DNA from: Spirochaetia bacterium
GTDB lineage: Bacteria > Spirochaetota > Spirochaetia > UBA9216
Assembly: GCA_963677925.2 (NCBI GenBank)
Contig: CAXXYH010000003.1
Coordinates: 992,001 to 1,056,000, forward strand
Length of the DNA stretch: 64,000 nucleotides
Reading direction: 5' to 3'
Position numbers and translations under genes: made by a program. Positions 18,572-29,370 of this stretch are shown here, piece after piece. The notes under the pieces were generated by a model. It saw nothing but the letters and a program-made list of their open reading frames with translations. It was not told the origin of the DNA and searched no databases. Positions within the stretch are counted from its first letter, which is position 1. Every line of letters starts with the position of its first letter.

Positions 18572-19756
18572 TTATTTAACTCTGTTTCCGGCAAGCATAT
18601 TCTGGTAGCATCGTTTACAGGCAGGGAAAAGACCCTCGGGAGAATCGATAAGCTCCTTCCTGAAACGTTCGGCTTTTTCTCCATTGTAAATATCTATCAG
18701 CCTGTTATCCTTGATATTCCCTATAACATATTCAGGATAATCTGCGCAGAAATGAACATCACCGTTGTAATTGATATCACATCCGAACCAGGGATAATAA
18801 CATTTATTGCGCACAATCATATCCAGATCAGAGTAATATTTCCCGATTACCCTGTGATCGATTACAGGTACGGTAATTATAGGATATCCGGGGTCCATCC
18901 GCTGTACCTTATTAAGGATACGGGAGAAGGCTTCACCGTCTATGCCCTCATTGTATCCGCTTGTAAAACCCTTCCAGGAAACAGCATCTATATCAAGTTT
19001 CTCTTTCATATAGGCAGTATGCCGCTGACCGATTTCTTCGTTCACGTAGGTTCCCAGGTTGATTATATGCCAGGCAAGACCCATTTTACTAACGGATTCA
19101 GTCATTTTATCAAGATACATGTAGTTGAGGTTTGTTATGGTTGTTACGATACCTATAAGAGGAAAAGCTGATTTCTGCCGGGCTTTCTCACGATTGATAG
19201 CCTCAATGCCTTCCATTACCTTCCGGAAAGAGCCCTTTCCGCGAATCTGATCATTCACATCCTCAAAGGAATCGAGTGATATAAAAAGGCTGGTCCATTT
19301 ATCTGCAACTATCCGCTCAGCGTGTTTTGCAAGCAGGGTGCCGTTTGTATTTACCGAAAAGAAGGGAAGTTTCTTCTTGAAATATGCCGCAAGATCCATA
19401 AAGTTCGGATACAGCATAGGCTCACCGCCCCAGATGTATACTATAGGCTTTTTGGGAGCTATATCATCAATAAGTTTCTTATAAGTATCAATATCAATTA
19501 TTTTTTTATTTTCTTCTAATGCAAGATCGTCCTTTAGAATCCCTTTTTCACCGCGCTGTCCGCACATAACACAGCGAAGATTGCATAAAGGCGTAATCTT
19601 AAAAGTCACAAGCTTAAGCTGGCGTCCTTTGGTTCGTTTTAACCTGTAGTCCAGATGTCTGGCCTTCTGCATTCCCAGAAAACCGTTAGCAAGGTGGTAA
19701 GCACTGATTGGACTGTGCCTTAATGCTTTTCTAATAACAGCATTGTTCTTTTTCAT
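18572..19756 (-). CDS. Radical SAM protein with SPASM/twitch domain
   Basis: CNLRCVMC, GGEP, TNG, C-terminal CYYPW...GDVHFC...IGNI...CKRC. Confidence 0.9.
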   Translation of the reverse strand: MKKNNAVIRKALRHSPISAYHLANGFLGMQKARHLDYRLKRTKGRQLKLVTFKITPLCNLRCVMCGQRGEKGILKDDLALEENKKIIDIDTYKKLIDDIAPKKPIVYIWGGEPMLYPNFMDLAAYFKKKLPFFSVNTNGTLLAKHAERIVADKWTSLFISLDSFEDVNDQIRGKGSFRKVMEGIEAINREKARQKSAFPLIGIVTTITNLNYMYLDKMTESVSKMGLAWHIINLGTYVNEEIGQRHTAYMKEKLDIDAVSWKGFTSGYNEGIDGEAFSRILNKVQRMDPGYPIITVPVIDHRVIGKYYSDLDMIVRNKCYYPWFGCDINYNGDVHFCADYPEYVIGNIKDNRLIDIYNGEKAERFRKELIDSPEGLFPACKRCYQNMLAGNRVK

Positions 19757-19938
19757 TTACTGTCCTGTAAAATCGGTATTTAAGATCAAATAAATCCAAA
19801 AATATAATCAACGATACACCATAGATTATTTTTTGATTCGAGTCAAATATTCTTTGACCTACTGACGGGTGATCTTCCCGAATCAGAAATGTTCATCGAT
19901 TCTATCATAATTTAAGGAAAATCTGCAATTATTTTACA

Positions 19939-19969
19939 GATTTCTAACACTCTATATCTGTTAGAAATC
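19939..19969. promoter_or_regulatory. Perfect 11-bp inverted repeat in a divergent intergenic region
   Basis: GATTTCTAACA-N9-TGTTAGAAATC between radical SAM and MCP genes. Confidence 0.45.
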
Positions 19970-20029
19970 GATTAAACGATATATATTTACTCAATCTTAT
20001 TCAAAGACAAAGGCACCGGAGATTTACAG

Positions 20030-21907
20030 ATGAAGCGCATCAGCATCAGTCTAAAACTTATTATTCCAATGGCGGCATTATTCGCTGCATTTTCAATTAT
20101 AACTATTCTTACCTTCAGTTCACTGATTCAGAGGCTTGAATCGGCAGTCACCGACTATACAACCCAGATCATCAATGATGGATACCGACAGGAACTCAAA
20201 AGTACAACAGAATCTGCAGTAACAGCGATGCAGGCAATTTTTGAACAATCCGGATTAACCGATGACGAAAAGCTTGATCTAAGCAGGGAAATAATTGGAA
20301 AGATCAGATTCGGAACCGACGGCTACTTTTACGGATATAAAAAAGGAAACGGCATTAATGTAATTCACGGGGGAAATCCGGATAATGTCGGAAAAAATCT
20401 TTGGGATTTACAGTCTCCTGATAAAAAACAGTACATCATTAGGGAACTAGATAAAGCGGCTTCCGACGATACCATGTTTTTGGAATTCTACTGGTCAAAA
20501 CCTGGAGAGCCTCAGAATGTTGTATTCCCCAAACTCGGGACAGCCATGATGGTGCCTGGTACCGATATATGGATTGGAACCGGGGTATATACCGATGAAA
20601 TTGAGAAAGCAGTATTATCGCTTGAATCAGAGCTGGATACCCGTACCGGCTTTATTGTCAGGATTGTTTCTCTTACTCTGGCCGGAATATCACTTGTCCT
20701 GGTAATTTTTTCATTCTTCAGGATTCGCATTTCAGTAAATCCGCTGATAAAACTGTCGCATTTCATGGACAGTACCGGAGGAAGCGACTTCAGCAGAAAA
20801 ATGCCGGTTAAAAAGCACCGTATGCTGCCTGACGAAACCGACACCCTTATTATCAGCTTTGAGCAGATCATCGAATCAGTTTCAGGCCTTGTGCTTAATC
20901 TGCAGAATCAGCTTAACAGGATGAGCCTCTCCGGTAATAATCTCAACACCCAGATTGTATCTGCCAATGATGAAATAATCAAAATTATTGAGAAGACCGA
21001 TTCGATAAGAGATGTAATACTCAGTCAGTCTGCATCAACCGATCAGACAGCAGCGGCAGTAGAACAGCTTTCACGGAATGTTGACAGCCTTAAAAATACC
21101 GTATCAAGGCAGACTGACAGTATATCCGAATCAAGCAGTGCCATCGAGCAGATGATTGCCGGCATAAACTCAATTTCCGACAGACTCTCCGGTGCGGAGC
21201 AGGACGTTTCCGAGATGAATGCCAGCACCGAACTTGGGCGCCAGTCTATGCTGAATGTAATAGAGCTTATAAAAACCATAGTCGTTGAATCGGAAAAACT
21301 GATTCAGGCTAATGATCTTATATCAAACCTTTCCAGCAGAACAAACCTGCTCTCTATGAATGCGGCGATTGAGGCTGCTCACGCAGGTGAAGCCGGAAGA
21401 GGTTTCTCGGTTGTGGCAGAGGAAATAAGACTGCTTGCTGAGCAGTCAGCTGAACAGTCCAAGGGTGTTAAGCAGAACCTTAATACTATAAGACAATCGA
21501 TTGAGCAGGTTTCCGCCGCAGCCGCCGGAACGGATCGGGATTTTGAGAGAATAATCAACTCAATCAGCAATGTGAGTAATCTTTTTATGGAAATTGAAGC
21601 CGGAACCGGAGAGCTTAACGCCGGAAGCCGCCTTATCATAGACAGCCTTGATCAGCTTAAGGATACAGCGGCTTTTGTTGAATCAGCTGCCGGAGAAATG
21701 GCCGGAGGAAATTCCCAGATACTTAATGCTGTTCAGGAATTAAAATCTTCGAGCAGTATCTCAAGTGATTCAATTAAAACTATTCACAGCGGAATAAGCA
21801 GCCTGAAAGATTCGATTGATAATATACAGAAGATAGGCGAATCAAATCTGAGCGATATTCTTAAAATTGAAACAGATGCAGCGGTGTTTAAAACCGCTTC
21901 GGAATGA
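20030..21907 (+). CDS. Methyl-accepting chemotaxis protein with single Cache sensor
   Basis: TM-Cache ([16 protein letters not shown])-TM-HAMP; tip [34 protein letters not shown]. Confidence 0.92.
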   Translation: MKRISISLKLIIPMAALFAAFSIITILTFSSLIQRLESAVTDYTTQIINDGYRQELKSTTESAVTAMQAIFEQSGLTDDEKLDLSREIIGKIRFGTDGYFYGYKKGNGINVIHGGNPDNVGKNLWDLQSPDKKQYIIRELDKAASDDTMFLEFYWSKPGEPQNVVFPKLGTAMMVPGTDIWIGTGVYTDEIEKAVLSLESELDTRTGFIVRIVSLTLAGISLVLVIFSFFRIRISVNPLIKLSHFMDSTGGSDFSRKMPVKKHRMLPDETDTLIISFEQIIESVSGLVLNLQNQLNRMSLSGNNLNTQIVSANDEIIKIIEKTDSIRDVILSQSASTDQTAAAVEQLSRNVDSLKNTVSRQTDSISESSSAIEQMIAGINSISDRLSGAEQDVSEMNASTELGRQSMLNVIELIKTIVVESEKLIQANDLISNLSSRTNLLSMNAAIEAAHAGEAGRGFSVVAEEIRLLAEQSAEQSKGVKQNLNTIRQSIEQVSAAAAGTDRDFERIINSISNVSNLFMEIEAGTGELNAGSRLIIDSLDQLKDTAAFVESAAGEMAGGNSQILNAVQELKSSSSISSDSIKTIHSGISSLKDSIDNIQKIGESNLSDILKIETDAAVFKTASE

Positions 21908-21924
21908 GCAGTTCCTGATACGCT

Positions 21925-22638
21925 TTAATCCTGATTATCAAAAATATCTCTGTATTCAAATTTATGGATAATAATGGAAAGTATGCCGTCCCCGTACGGC
22001 TGCTGTCCATCAAAAAGCCATGCATTGATATGAAATCTGCTTTTGGTGTTCCTGGGAATATCAGGACCATCATACTCCCAGCTGCTGATAACCCGGCCTT
22101 TATTGTCAAGCAGTGTAAAAAGAATGAATTCACTTGTCCAGCTTATCAGCAGTCTAAACTTTTTCATTGGAGCATCCTTTGAAAAACTTATACTGTTTCC
22201 GGTTTTTTCATACGGCTGAACAGTGAACTGGCAATTATTATTTTCTGAGTTTCCCCACCGTGCTATTTCAAAATCAATTTCGTTATAGAGCGGCGGAATT
22301 TCCCTATTATATAAAAAAAGTCCGAATACAGCATTGCTGTCAATCCTGGATACTAATGAAAATTCCAGATCGAAGGTTCCATAAGAAAATGTCCCGAAGG
22401 TAAATATTTCTGCACACTGCCAATTACCGTCAATCTTTTTAATCTCAAGCTTTATTCCATCCGGTGAAGCTTGAATGCCTTCCGATCCAAAGATATTCGG
22501 CCCCGGCCCTGAAGGTCCTACGGAATTACGCTTAACCCAGCCTGTTCCTCCGAATTGAAATTCGTGACTGTTCAGGAATGCCCATGATGGTAATATGTTA
22601 ATCAGTATTAAAATCAGCACTAAAGTTATAGTCTTCAT
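21925..22638 (-). CDS. Secreted glycoside hydrolase family 16-like protein
   Basis: Signal peptide; catalytic EIDFE motif; YGTF; HINAW. Confidence 0.75.
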   Translation of the reverse strand: MKTITLVLILILINILPSWAFLNSHEFQFGGTGWVKRNSVGPSGPGPNIFGSEGIQASPDGIKLEIKKIDGNWQCAEIFTFGTFSYGTFDLEFSLVSRIDSNAVFGLFLYNREIPPLYNEIDFEIARWGNSENNNCQFTVQPYEKTGNSISFSKDAPMKKFRLLISWTSEFILFTLLDNKGRVISSWEYDGPDIPRNTKSRFHINAWLFDGQQPYGDGILSIIIHKFEYRDIFDNQD

Positions 22639-22740
22639 TCTTTGAATACTAAGATAAAACAGCTGATTTGCAATGGGTCTGCCTGCAGTTATTTAATCAC
22701 CGATTTCACGACTGAATCATTACATGATGAAAGTGAAAAG

Positions 22741-22776
22741 AACAGTACCGGTGATAAGGCTATAACCGGTACTGTT
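22741..22776 (-). terminator. Stem-loop terminator downstream of the DUF4139 gene
   Basis: AACAGTACCGGT-N12-ACCGGTACTGTT followed by CTTTT on the minus strand. Confidence 0.65.
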
Positions 22777-22795
22777 TACACAACTTTTACACCGT

Positions 22796-24805
22796 TTATA
22801 ATTTAAGCGAAGCTATATAATCCTTAAGCCTGTTCTGAGCCTGCAGAAGCTCTTCTGCAAGAGCTTCTGCTCTTGTGTTCAGCTGCTGAATGTCGGTCTC
22901 CTGCTTTTCAAGCTGTCCCGAATAACGGATATATAAATCTGAATCTTTGTCCAGCACCTTCATGTTCTCTCTAACCCTGTTCTGATCCCTTTCGAGCCTG
23001 CTCAGAGAAGATGAGTTCAGGGAAGCTTCTGAGCGGATTCTCTCAATATCTTTTTTAAGCTCAGCGATGCGCTGAAGAGCTGATTTCATGGAGGCTGATA
23101 TTTCCTTCCATTCAATCCATAACGCGATATCATTGAGACCGCTGTTCTCCAGTCCGTACTGGTAGGAAACCGGATATTCCTCGGTTACAATAACCTTGTC
23201 ATGATCGGTCCCGACAATAAAACGGTACTCGCCGCTGTTTTCTTCAAATACTTCAGGACCTTCCACCATTTTCCATCCGTAAGCTTTCGGATGAATAATG
23301 ATCAGCTTCTCTTCGTTCCCGTTTATCCGGTATTCAGTATTCTTTCTGCGGATATCAGAGCGGTACAGAATACCGTCAACGATCTTCATTGCAGATATAC
23401 GCTGTGAAATAGAGCCCTCGCTTTTTACAACCTCCGAGGTCCCGTGTACTGCATATGTAACAAGCTGGTCAGCATCAGGAATGATATCAGGAACAATAGT
23501 ATCTCCGGCATAGGCACGGCCCTCCAGAACTGTAGCCGGACCGTAAGACCAGTGTGCCCGGGTATCATTCTCAAGCATTACACCCTTGAATACAAGATCG
23601 TAGGCAGGGTCGTACACTCCAACCGGAAATCCGGCGTCGGTATCGACAATTACCGGAACCATTGCTGAAGTTCCGGCCTTCACGGTCACCGGTTTGCTCA
23701 CTTCATATCGGTAGAAGTTACCGCTTCGTTCACCGCTTGCCTGTACCGCGGCAGGCGCGGGCGCGGGCAAATATGCTTCTTCTTCAACATAATCATAAAG
23801 ATTGTCGGCAGCCATACTTCGCATCGGAGCCTCGGCATAGCTTTTAGCGGTTGCAGAAGAACCGTAAGCGCGGTCATATTCAACAGCCGCTACGGGAGCA
23901 TCGGGACGGTTGCTTATTGTCTGCCGGTCCACATAAACAGGTGTAGCAAGATCCATGATAAATGCGTTGGGGCTTCCGGCGGTAAAAGTCAGCTTTATAT
24001 CCTTCCAGTCTGAAGTGCCGGTATTCTGTACGATTGCCCAGCCTTCAAGCAGGGTACTGCCCTTTTCGTCAAGCCTGAGCCGGTAGCTGGTTTTCCAGAG
24101 AGGTACTTTTCTTATATAGCTTATACGTACATCTCTATCGCCGGTGCCCCTGAAGGAAAGGCCGACATTTCTGCGTGTGCGGACCCTTGAACCTGATATA
24201 AGCTCAAGGGCTGATTCAAGCTCCTGCTGCAGGGAATCATCTGCAAAGCTGATTCTTCGAAGCCCGCTAAGCGAAACAGGTTTCAGGCCTGAGGATGTCA
24301 TCAGATTAAGAACAGCTGAGTCCGGGCCTCCTTCATAGCCATCCTCAACGCTGAAAATTCTGCCACTGAATAACCCTGATCCGGTAATTAATGAAACTTC
24401 CTCTCCCTGAAGTTTAGACAGAAAAGAATAAAGAGAATCAGCACCCGACGGATTGATCCGCAGATCCTGCAGGGCGGCATACAGCGGTTCACTGCTGTCG
24501 AAACTGATAACATCTACATAACCGCCGCCGAGATCCTCGGCAACCAGGCTTTTCAGAATATCGTTTATATCATCAGGGTTCACATCAAGATTGATGACAG
24601 CATCACCGCTGACCCTTCCCGTCTGAACCACCTGTGCAAGTCCTGATGAGTACAGATTTACCGATGTTACCGGAAGAGAAATTTCCTCAGCAAGGGCATC
24701 AGAGGATGCGCCAGCAGCATCCAGGGTTCCGGCCGCTGAAATATTAAATGGATTAAAAAAAATGACAAGAATTACAAAAATAATAAATGAAGTATGCTTT
24801 TTCAT
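22796..24805 (-). CDS. Secreted DUF4139/DUF4140-like protein with C-terminal coiled coil
   Basis: Signal peptide; V.LYSSG, NDILKSL, WKTSYRL, GWAIVQN.G.DW motifs; heptad-rich C-terminus. Confidence 0.75.
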   Translation of the reverse strand: MKKHTSFIIFVILVIFFNPFNISAAGTLDAAGASSDALAEEISLPVTSVNLYSSGLAQVVQTGRVSGDAVINLDVNPDDINDILKSLVAEDLGGGYVDVISFDSSEPLYAALQDLRINPSGADSLYSFLSKLQGEEVSLITGSGLFSGRIFSVEDGYEGGPDSAVLNLMTSSGLKPVSLSGLRRISFADDSLQQELESALELISGSRVRTRRNVGLSFRGTGDRDVRISYIRKVPLWKTSYRLRLDEKGSTLLEGWAIVQNTGTSDWKDIKLTFTAGSPNAFIMDLATPVYVDRQTISNRPDAPVAAVEYDRAYGSSATAKSYAEAPMRSMAADNLYDYVEEEAYLPAPAPAAVQASGERSGNFYRYEVSKPVTVKAGTSAMVPVIVDTDAGFPVGVYDPAYDLVFKGVMLENDTRAHWSYGPATVLEGRAYAGDTIVPDIIPDADQLVTYAVHGTSEVVKSEGSISQRISAMKIVDGILYRSDIRRKNTEYRINGNEEKLIIIHPKAYGWKMVEGPEVFEENSGEYRFIVGTDHDKVIVTEEYPVSYQYGLENSGLNDIALWIEWKEISASMKSALQRIAELKKDIERIRSEASLNSSSLSRLERDQNRVRENMKVLDKDSDLYIRYSGQLEKQETDIQQLNTRAEALAEELLQAQNRLKDYIASLKL

Positions 24806-24835
24806 AATTACAGCATATCATCGTTTGCTGAAATT

Positions 24836-25303
24836 TCACACAAGATCTGCTATTTCTGCGGATACAGTCTCAATCAGATCACCTGGCGACAGATGAACCT
24901 GCATGCCGCGTACTCCGGCGCTGACGTACATTCGCTCATGCAGAATGCATGTTTCATCTATATATACCGGGTAATTTTTTTTCATTCCAATCGGCGAGCA
25001 GCCCCCGCGGATATAACCGGTGAGCGCAAGTATTTCTTTCATCGGAACAAGATCACATTTTTTTGAACCGGATGCTTTCGCAGCCTTTTTCAGATCAAGT
25101 TCGCTGTTTCCGGGAATTACACAGACAAAAACTTCGCCCCTGTCGGTCCGAAGGACAAGGGTTTTAAATACGGCTTCAATATCCTGCCCGAGCTTAGCCG
25201 CAACAGACTGGGCGCTGAGATCAGATTCATCTACCTCATATTCAAATATATCAAAGCCGATTTTCAGAGATTCAAGTATTCTAATCGCGTTTGTCTTTCC
25301 CAT
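24836..25303 (-). CDS. ybaK: Cys-tRNA(Pro) deacylase YbaK/EbsC
   Basis: KTNAIR, VFKTLV, ELDLKK, TGYIRGGCSPIG, SAGVRG; start moved to ATG 25303. Confidence 0.93.
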   Translation of the reverse strand: MGKTNAIRILESLKIGFDIFEYEVDESDLSAQSVAAKLGQDIEAVFKTLVLRTDRGEVFVCVIPGNSELDLKKAAKASGSKKCDLVPMKEILALTGYIRGGCSPIGMKKNYPVYIDETCILHERMYVSAGVRGMQVHLSPGDLIETVSAEIADLV

Positions 25304-25310
25304 AAACGGT

Positions 25311-25345
25311 ATTTTATTGACTGCAGAGAAACTTGTCACTATCAT
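25311..25345. promoter_or_regulatory. Overlapping divergent sigma70 promoters (apparently leaderless) for ybaK and the aldo-keto reductase
   Basis: Plus: TTGACT 25317-22, 17 nt, TATCAT 25340-45, ATG 25352. Minus: GTGACA 25339-34, 17 nt, TAAAAT 25316-11, ATG 25303. Confidence 0.6.
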
Positions 25346-25351
25346 TTAAGA

Positions 25352-26371
25352 ATGATTACAAATGATCACAAAAGAATACTCCCCTACCAGCCGTCTGATG
25401 AACGTTATTCAAAGGATATTTATCACAACTGCGGCCGAAGCGGGCTGAAACTTCCGGCACTGTCGCTTGGCCTGTGGCATAATTTCGGCGACAGCGCAGA
25501 TCTTCATAAATCAAGGCAGACACTTAGAAAGGCCTTTGACTGCGGGATAACCCATTTTGATCTTGCCAATAACTACGGACCGCCCTACGGTTCAGCTGAA
25601 GTGAATTTCGGCAAAATGTTTAAAAATGATTTTCAGCCCTACAGGGACGAACTGATAATCTCTTCCAAGGCGGGATTTGATATGTGGGACGGCCCCTACG
25701 GCAGCGGAGGTTCAAAAAAGTACATCATTGCAAGCTGCGAGCAGAGCCTGAAGCGTACAGGGCTTGAATACTTTGACATTTTCTACCACCACTGCCCCGA
25801 CCCGAATACCCCGGTTGAAGAAACTGCTGAGGCACTTGCCCAGCTTGTGAGACAGGGAAAGGCACTGTATGCCGGTATTTCAAACCGCTACGACGCGGCT
25901 TCTGCCGATGAAGCAGCAGGGCTGCTGAAATTGCATGGGATTCAGCTTCTGGTTAATCAGATTCGTTTTTCGATGTTCGATCGAAGGGCCGAAGCGCTTG
26001 CGGACAGTCCGGATAGAAACGGTTACGGTCTCATGCCCTTCAGTCCGCTTGAACAGGGAATACTTGCCGGACGATATCTTGAGGGTATACCGGAGGGTTC
26101 AAGACTTGCAGATGAGAGTTCATATCTGGATGAAAACAGTGATACGGCAGTTAAGATAAGGAAGGCAAAGGAACTTAATAAAATAGCGCAGGAGCGCGGT
26201 CAGAGCCTTGCACAGCTGTCTGTTTCGTGGCTGCTTAATAAAGCTCAGGTAGCATCTGTACTGATCGGAGCAAGTTCTCCGGAACAGATCACTGAGAACA
26301 TCTCAGCTGCACAATTCAGCCCTTTCACTGAAGATGAACTAAAAAAAATAGACCGGATCTGCGTTGAATAA
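25352..26371 (+). CDS. Aldo/keto reductase, L-glyceraldehyde 3-phosphate reductase (YghZ/Gpr)-like
   Basis: GRSGLKLPALSLGLWHNFG, ITHFDLANNYGPPYGSAE, RDELIISSKAG. Confidence 0.92.
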   Translation: MITNDHKRILPYQPSDERYSKDIYHNCGRSGLKLPALSLGLWHNFGDSADLHKSRQTLRKAFDCGITHFDLANNYGPPYGSAEVNFGKMFKNDFQPYRDELIISSKAGFDMWDGPYGSGGSKKYIIASCEQSLKRTGLEYFDIFYHHCPDPNTPVEETAEALAQLVRQGKALYAGISNRYDAASADEAAGLLKLHGIQLLVNQIRFSMFDRRAEALADSPDRNGYGLMPFSPLEQGILAGRYLEGIPEGSRLADESSYLDENSDTAVKIRKAKELNKIAQERGQSLAQLSVSWLLNKAQVASVLIGASSPEQITENISAAQFSPFTEDELKKIDRICVE

Positions 26372-26397
26372 GCGCTAATCCGGTCTCTGAAATTAAT

Positions 26398-26970
26398 TTA
26401 TCTTTTTACTGCGTCAAGTTCACCGTTGATTGTAAGAATATCTCCGTTAAGAGCTGCCTTAAGGCTGCCTTTCCAGTAGAACATAGCGTTGGGATCGGGC
26501 ATATCACCTACATCTTTTCCGTCTGTCATCTTGATGAAGGTACCGTTAGTAAGACTGATATTTCCGTTTCTGTCTGTAACAATCTTGTATTCTGATCCGC
26601 GGTGTGAATATTCAATTGTTATAACACCATTGGATGCTTTTGAAGCCTTAAGACCGTCACCCTTTGCCTGCTCGCCGCCTGCAACACCGAAAAGAAACAG
26701 ACCTCTAAGTCCGTCAGGCATTACTTTTTTTCCTTCAACATCGTTTCTGTACGGCTGAAATAGATGAGTTGAACCCTTAAGAGATGCTGATGTTGCACCA
26801 TCGTAATGATCCTGCTCTGCAGCCATGTAGCGGATAGGACCTGTGAAGGTAAAATAGCTTACTCTTGTTTTGCCTGTAACATCAACCTTGAAATCAATCT
26901 TAAGATCCTGTGCGAATGCACCTGCAGCTGATACTGCAATAATTACAAGAACTAAAATGAGTTTACGCAA
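26398..26970 (-). CDS. Secreted hypothetical protein (possible flavinylation motif)
   Basis: TTG start with AGGAG RBS; signal peptide ending AFA; DGATSAS. Confidence 0.75.
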   Translation of the reverse strand: MRKLILVLVIIAVSAAGAFAQDLKIDFKVDVTGKTRVSYFTFTGPIRYMAAEQDHYDGATSASLKGSTHLFQPYRNDVEGKKVMPDGLRGLFLFGVAGGEQAKGDGLKASKASNGVITIEYSHRGSEYKIVTDRNGNISLTNGTFIKMTDGKDVGDMPDPNAMFYWKGSLKAALNGDILTINGELDAVKR

Positions 26971-27110
26971 TGTTTTCTCCTTTGCTAATGATTAGTAATA
27001 TTATCAGGCATTAATTTCATATAGTCAAATTAATATTGATAAGAAATTCTCTATATGCACAGGAACTTATTCTGGATTTACGATACAATATACTTCAAAA
27101 GGAGATTAAT

Positions 27111-27560
27111 ATGAGTAAACAGCCAATAGTTATTCTGGCAGCAGCTCTAATGCTGATAGCCGGCTGTACAACCACATTCGAGAATATAAAATCAAAACCG
27201 GAGATTTATGCCGGAACCGACGCCAGGATACGTGCGGAAGTTGAGCTTGAGATTCCAATTCCGTTTATGAAGTATTCGGTTTACAAGCTGAATGATGACA
27301 CTGATATCATGTTCATGTTTTCTTCAAATGAATATACGATCGGTGACACTATCTCCGCTAATGTCCATGTGATTGGAATGACTGAGGCTTCAGCTGAGGG
27401 GTTTTCCAGAAGGATAATGGACCAGACTGCCGACTACCTTGTTGAAAAGGGAATTACAGAGAGAGAGAATGCTGCATCCGTCAGCCGGAAAATAGTGGCG
27501 CTGATATCCACCCTCGGCAGTCTTACCGAGGGCAGCTACTTCCTTATGGAGAATCAGTAA
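27111..27560 (+). CDS. Hypothetical lipoprotein
   Basis: ATG 27111 after AGGAG; lipobox LIAGC. Confidence 0.7.
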   Translation: MSKQPIVILAAALMLIAGCTTTFENIKSKPEIYAGTDARIRAEVELEIPIPFMKYSVYKLNDDTDIMFMFSSNEYTIGDTISANVHVIGMTEASAEGFSRRIMDQTADYLVEKGITERENAASVSRKIVALISTLGSLTEGSYFLMENQ

Positions 27561-29140
27561 ACAACCGGACAGTCAATTACTGCAGGAACAGAAAGAGAAA
27601 GTGCATCTTCAAGGACCGGCTTCAGCTCAGCAGCGGATGTAATTGAATAGCCTTTCAAACCCATACTTTCAGCCATCATCCGGAAGTCAGGGTTTGAGAA
27701 ACCAGTCATCTCGGCAGCGCCGAACTTCTCTTTCTGCTTCATTGAGATTAACCCGTATTCGTTATCCCTGAAAATTAGAGTGACAAAATTTATTCCCTCT
27801 CTTCTTGCCGTTTCAAGTTCCTGGGCATTCATCATGAAGCCGCCGTCACCTGTTACTGCAAGTATCTTTCTATCAGGATATACAATTTTCGCAGCGACCG
27901 CGCCGGGAACAGCTATCCCCATTGCAGCGAATCCGTTTGAAATAATGCAGGTATTGGGGCGGTAGCAGTGATAATACCTTGCGATTGACATTTTATGGGC
28001 TCCGACATCAGAAATCAGAATGTCATCCTCCCCGAGAACTGCCCTCACATCATACAAGATTCGCCTCGGATCCATAGGAAATGAATCTATAGCCGCTGCC
28101 GAATGATATTCTTCAAGCAGCTCTTCCTTTAACTGGTAGGCAGCCTCAGGTTTTTCGGTACGGACGGATCGCCTTATTATCTCGGTTATAGAATCAGATA
28201 TGTCTCCGATAATATTTACAATCGGCTGGTAGTACTTGTTCACTTCTGCCTCATGGGAACCTATATGTATTACATCGATATTTCTCTCTGAATTCCACAT
28301 TTTGGGTGCGTACTCAATAAAATCATAACCGATACAGATAACAAGATCGGAACTGTCAAAAAGTTTATCAATAGCCATACGGTGATTAAGACCGACACTG
28401 AACATCGAATACCTGCTGGTGAACGGTATTATCCCCTTCCCCATGAAGGTATTTACTACCGGAATCTGCAGGCTTTCAGCCATCCTTAAAACAGTTTCCC
28501 CTGCTTTACAGCGAATCACCTCATTTCCCGCCAGAATCACCGGATTTAACGCGCGGGATATGGCAACGGCCGCCTTTTCAACACTTCCGTAAGCGGCAAA
28601 ACTCTTCTCATCGGTCAATGTCTTCCTGATAGGTTCCGCCTCTGTGGTCATTGCCCCGATATTATTCGGCAGATTTATATGTACAGCACCCGGTTTTTCA
28701 CGGACTGCAAGCTTGAAAGCTTTCCGAACCACTTCCGGTGTAATATCGGGACGGACGATCTGCTTGCTCCATTTAGTGACAGGCTGAAACATGTTTACAA
28801 GATCAAGGTACTGATGCCAGGTTATATGCATCTTATCTGTTCCAACCTGGGCTGTTAATGCTATCAGCGGGGCTCCGTCGAGGTTGGCATCTGCAACTCC
28901 TGTCATCAGATTTGTCGCTCCCGGTCCCAGGGTGGAAAGACAGACGCCGGGATTTCCGGTAAGCCTGCCGTAGACATCCGCCATAAATGCCGCCCCCTGC
29001 TCGTGTCTGGTGGTTATAAACCGAATCGGAGACCGAGTAAGTGCGTGGATGATATCAATGTTCTCTTCTCCGGGAACACCGAAAATATACTCCACATCCT
29101 CCTGTTCAAGACATCTAACAAGAAGTTCTGCTGTTGTCAT
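27554..29140 (-). CDS. Acetolactate synthase large subunit-like ThDP enzyme
   Basis: FGVPGEEN, TRHEQGAAFMADVYGRLTG, TLGPGATN, GDGGF...N ThDP motif. Confidence 0.92.
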   Translation of the reverse strand: MTTAELLVRCLEQEDVEYIFGVPGEENIDIIHALTRSPIRFITTRHEQGAAFMADVYGRLTGNPGVCLSTLGPGATNLMTGVADANLDGAPLIALTAQVGTDKMHITWHQYLDLVNMFQPVTKWSKQIVRPDITPEVVRKAFKLAVREKPGAVHINLPNNIGAMTTEAEPIRKTLTDEKSFAAYGSVEKAAVAISRALNPVILAGNEVIRCKAGETVLRMAESLQIPVVNTFMGKGIIPFTSRYSMFSVGLNHRMAIDKLFDSSDLVICIGYDFIEYAPKMWNSERNIDVIHIGSHEAEVNKYYQPIVNIIGDISDSITEIIRRSVRTEKPEAAYQLKEELLEEYHSAAAIDSFPMDPRRILYDVRAVLGEDDILISDVGAHKMSIARYYHCYRPNTCIISNGFAAMGIAVPGAVAAKIVYPDRKILAVTGDGGFMMNAQELETARREGINFVTLIFRDNEYGLISMKQKEKFGAAEMTGFSNPDFRMMAESMGLKGYSITSAAELKPVLEDALSLSVPAVIDCPVVY

Positions 29141-29148
29141 GGCTTACT

Positions 29149-29313
29149 TCATTTCAGTTTTTTGGGATCACAGATTAGGTCTTTCTTCTCTGCTGTCCGG
29201 AGACACTGCTTGCAGATGAATTTTGCATTTAAGGCGTTCTCAACAAACAGTTCCTTATTTTCTTTGAAATCATCCTTGGAATATTTACACATCTTTCGTT
29301 TGAGTTCTGTCAT
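29149..29313 (-). CDS. Small Cys-rich protein (54 aa), possible metal binder
   Basis: ATG 29313 with AGGGGG RBS; MC...FICKQCLRTA..K..ICDP. Confidence 0.7.
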   Translation of the reverse strand: MTELKRKMCKYSKDDFKENKELFVENALNAKFICKQCLRTAEKKDLICDPKKLK

Positions 29314-29370
29314 ATTTCCCCCTAAGATGAGTGTAATAACAAAACTGCGGATTTCAAAATATTTTCGGTG

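Noticed and set aside
18530-19171. 213-aa plus-strand ORF
   Set aside because: Antisense shadow of the radical SAM gene
18290-19756. Radical SAM/SPASM plus adjacent small ORF as a RiPP system
   Set aside because: The small ORF looks like a signal-peptide protein, and no RRE domain, peptidase or exporter is evident nearby
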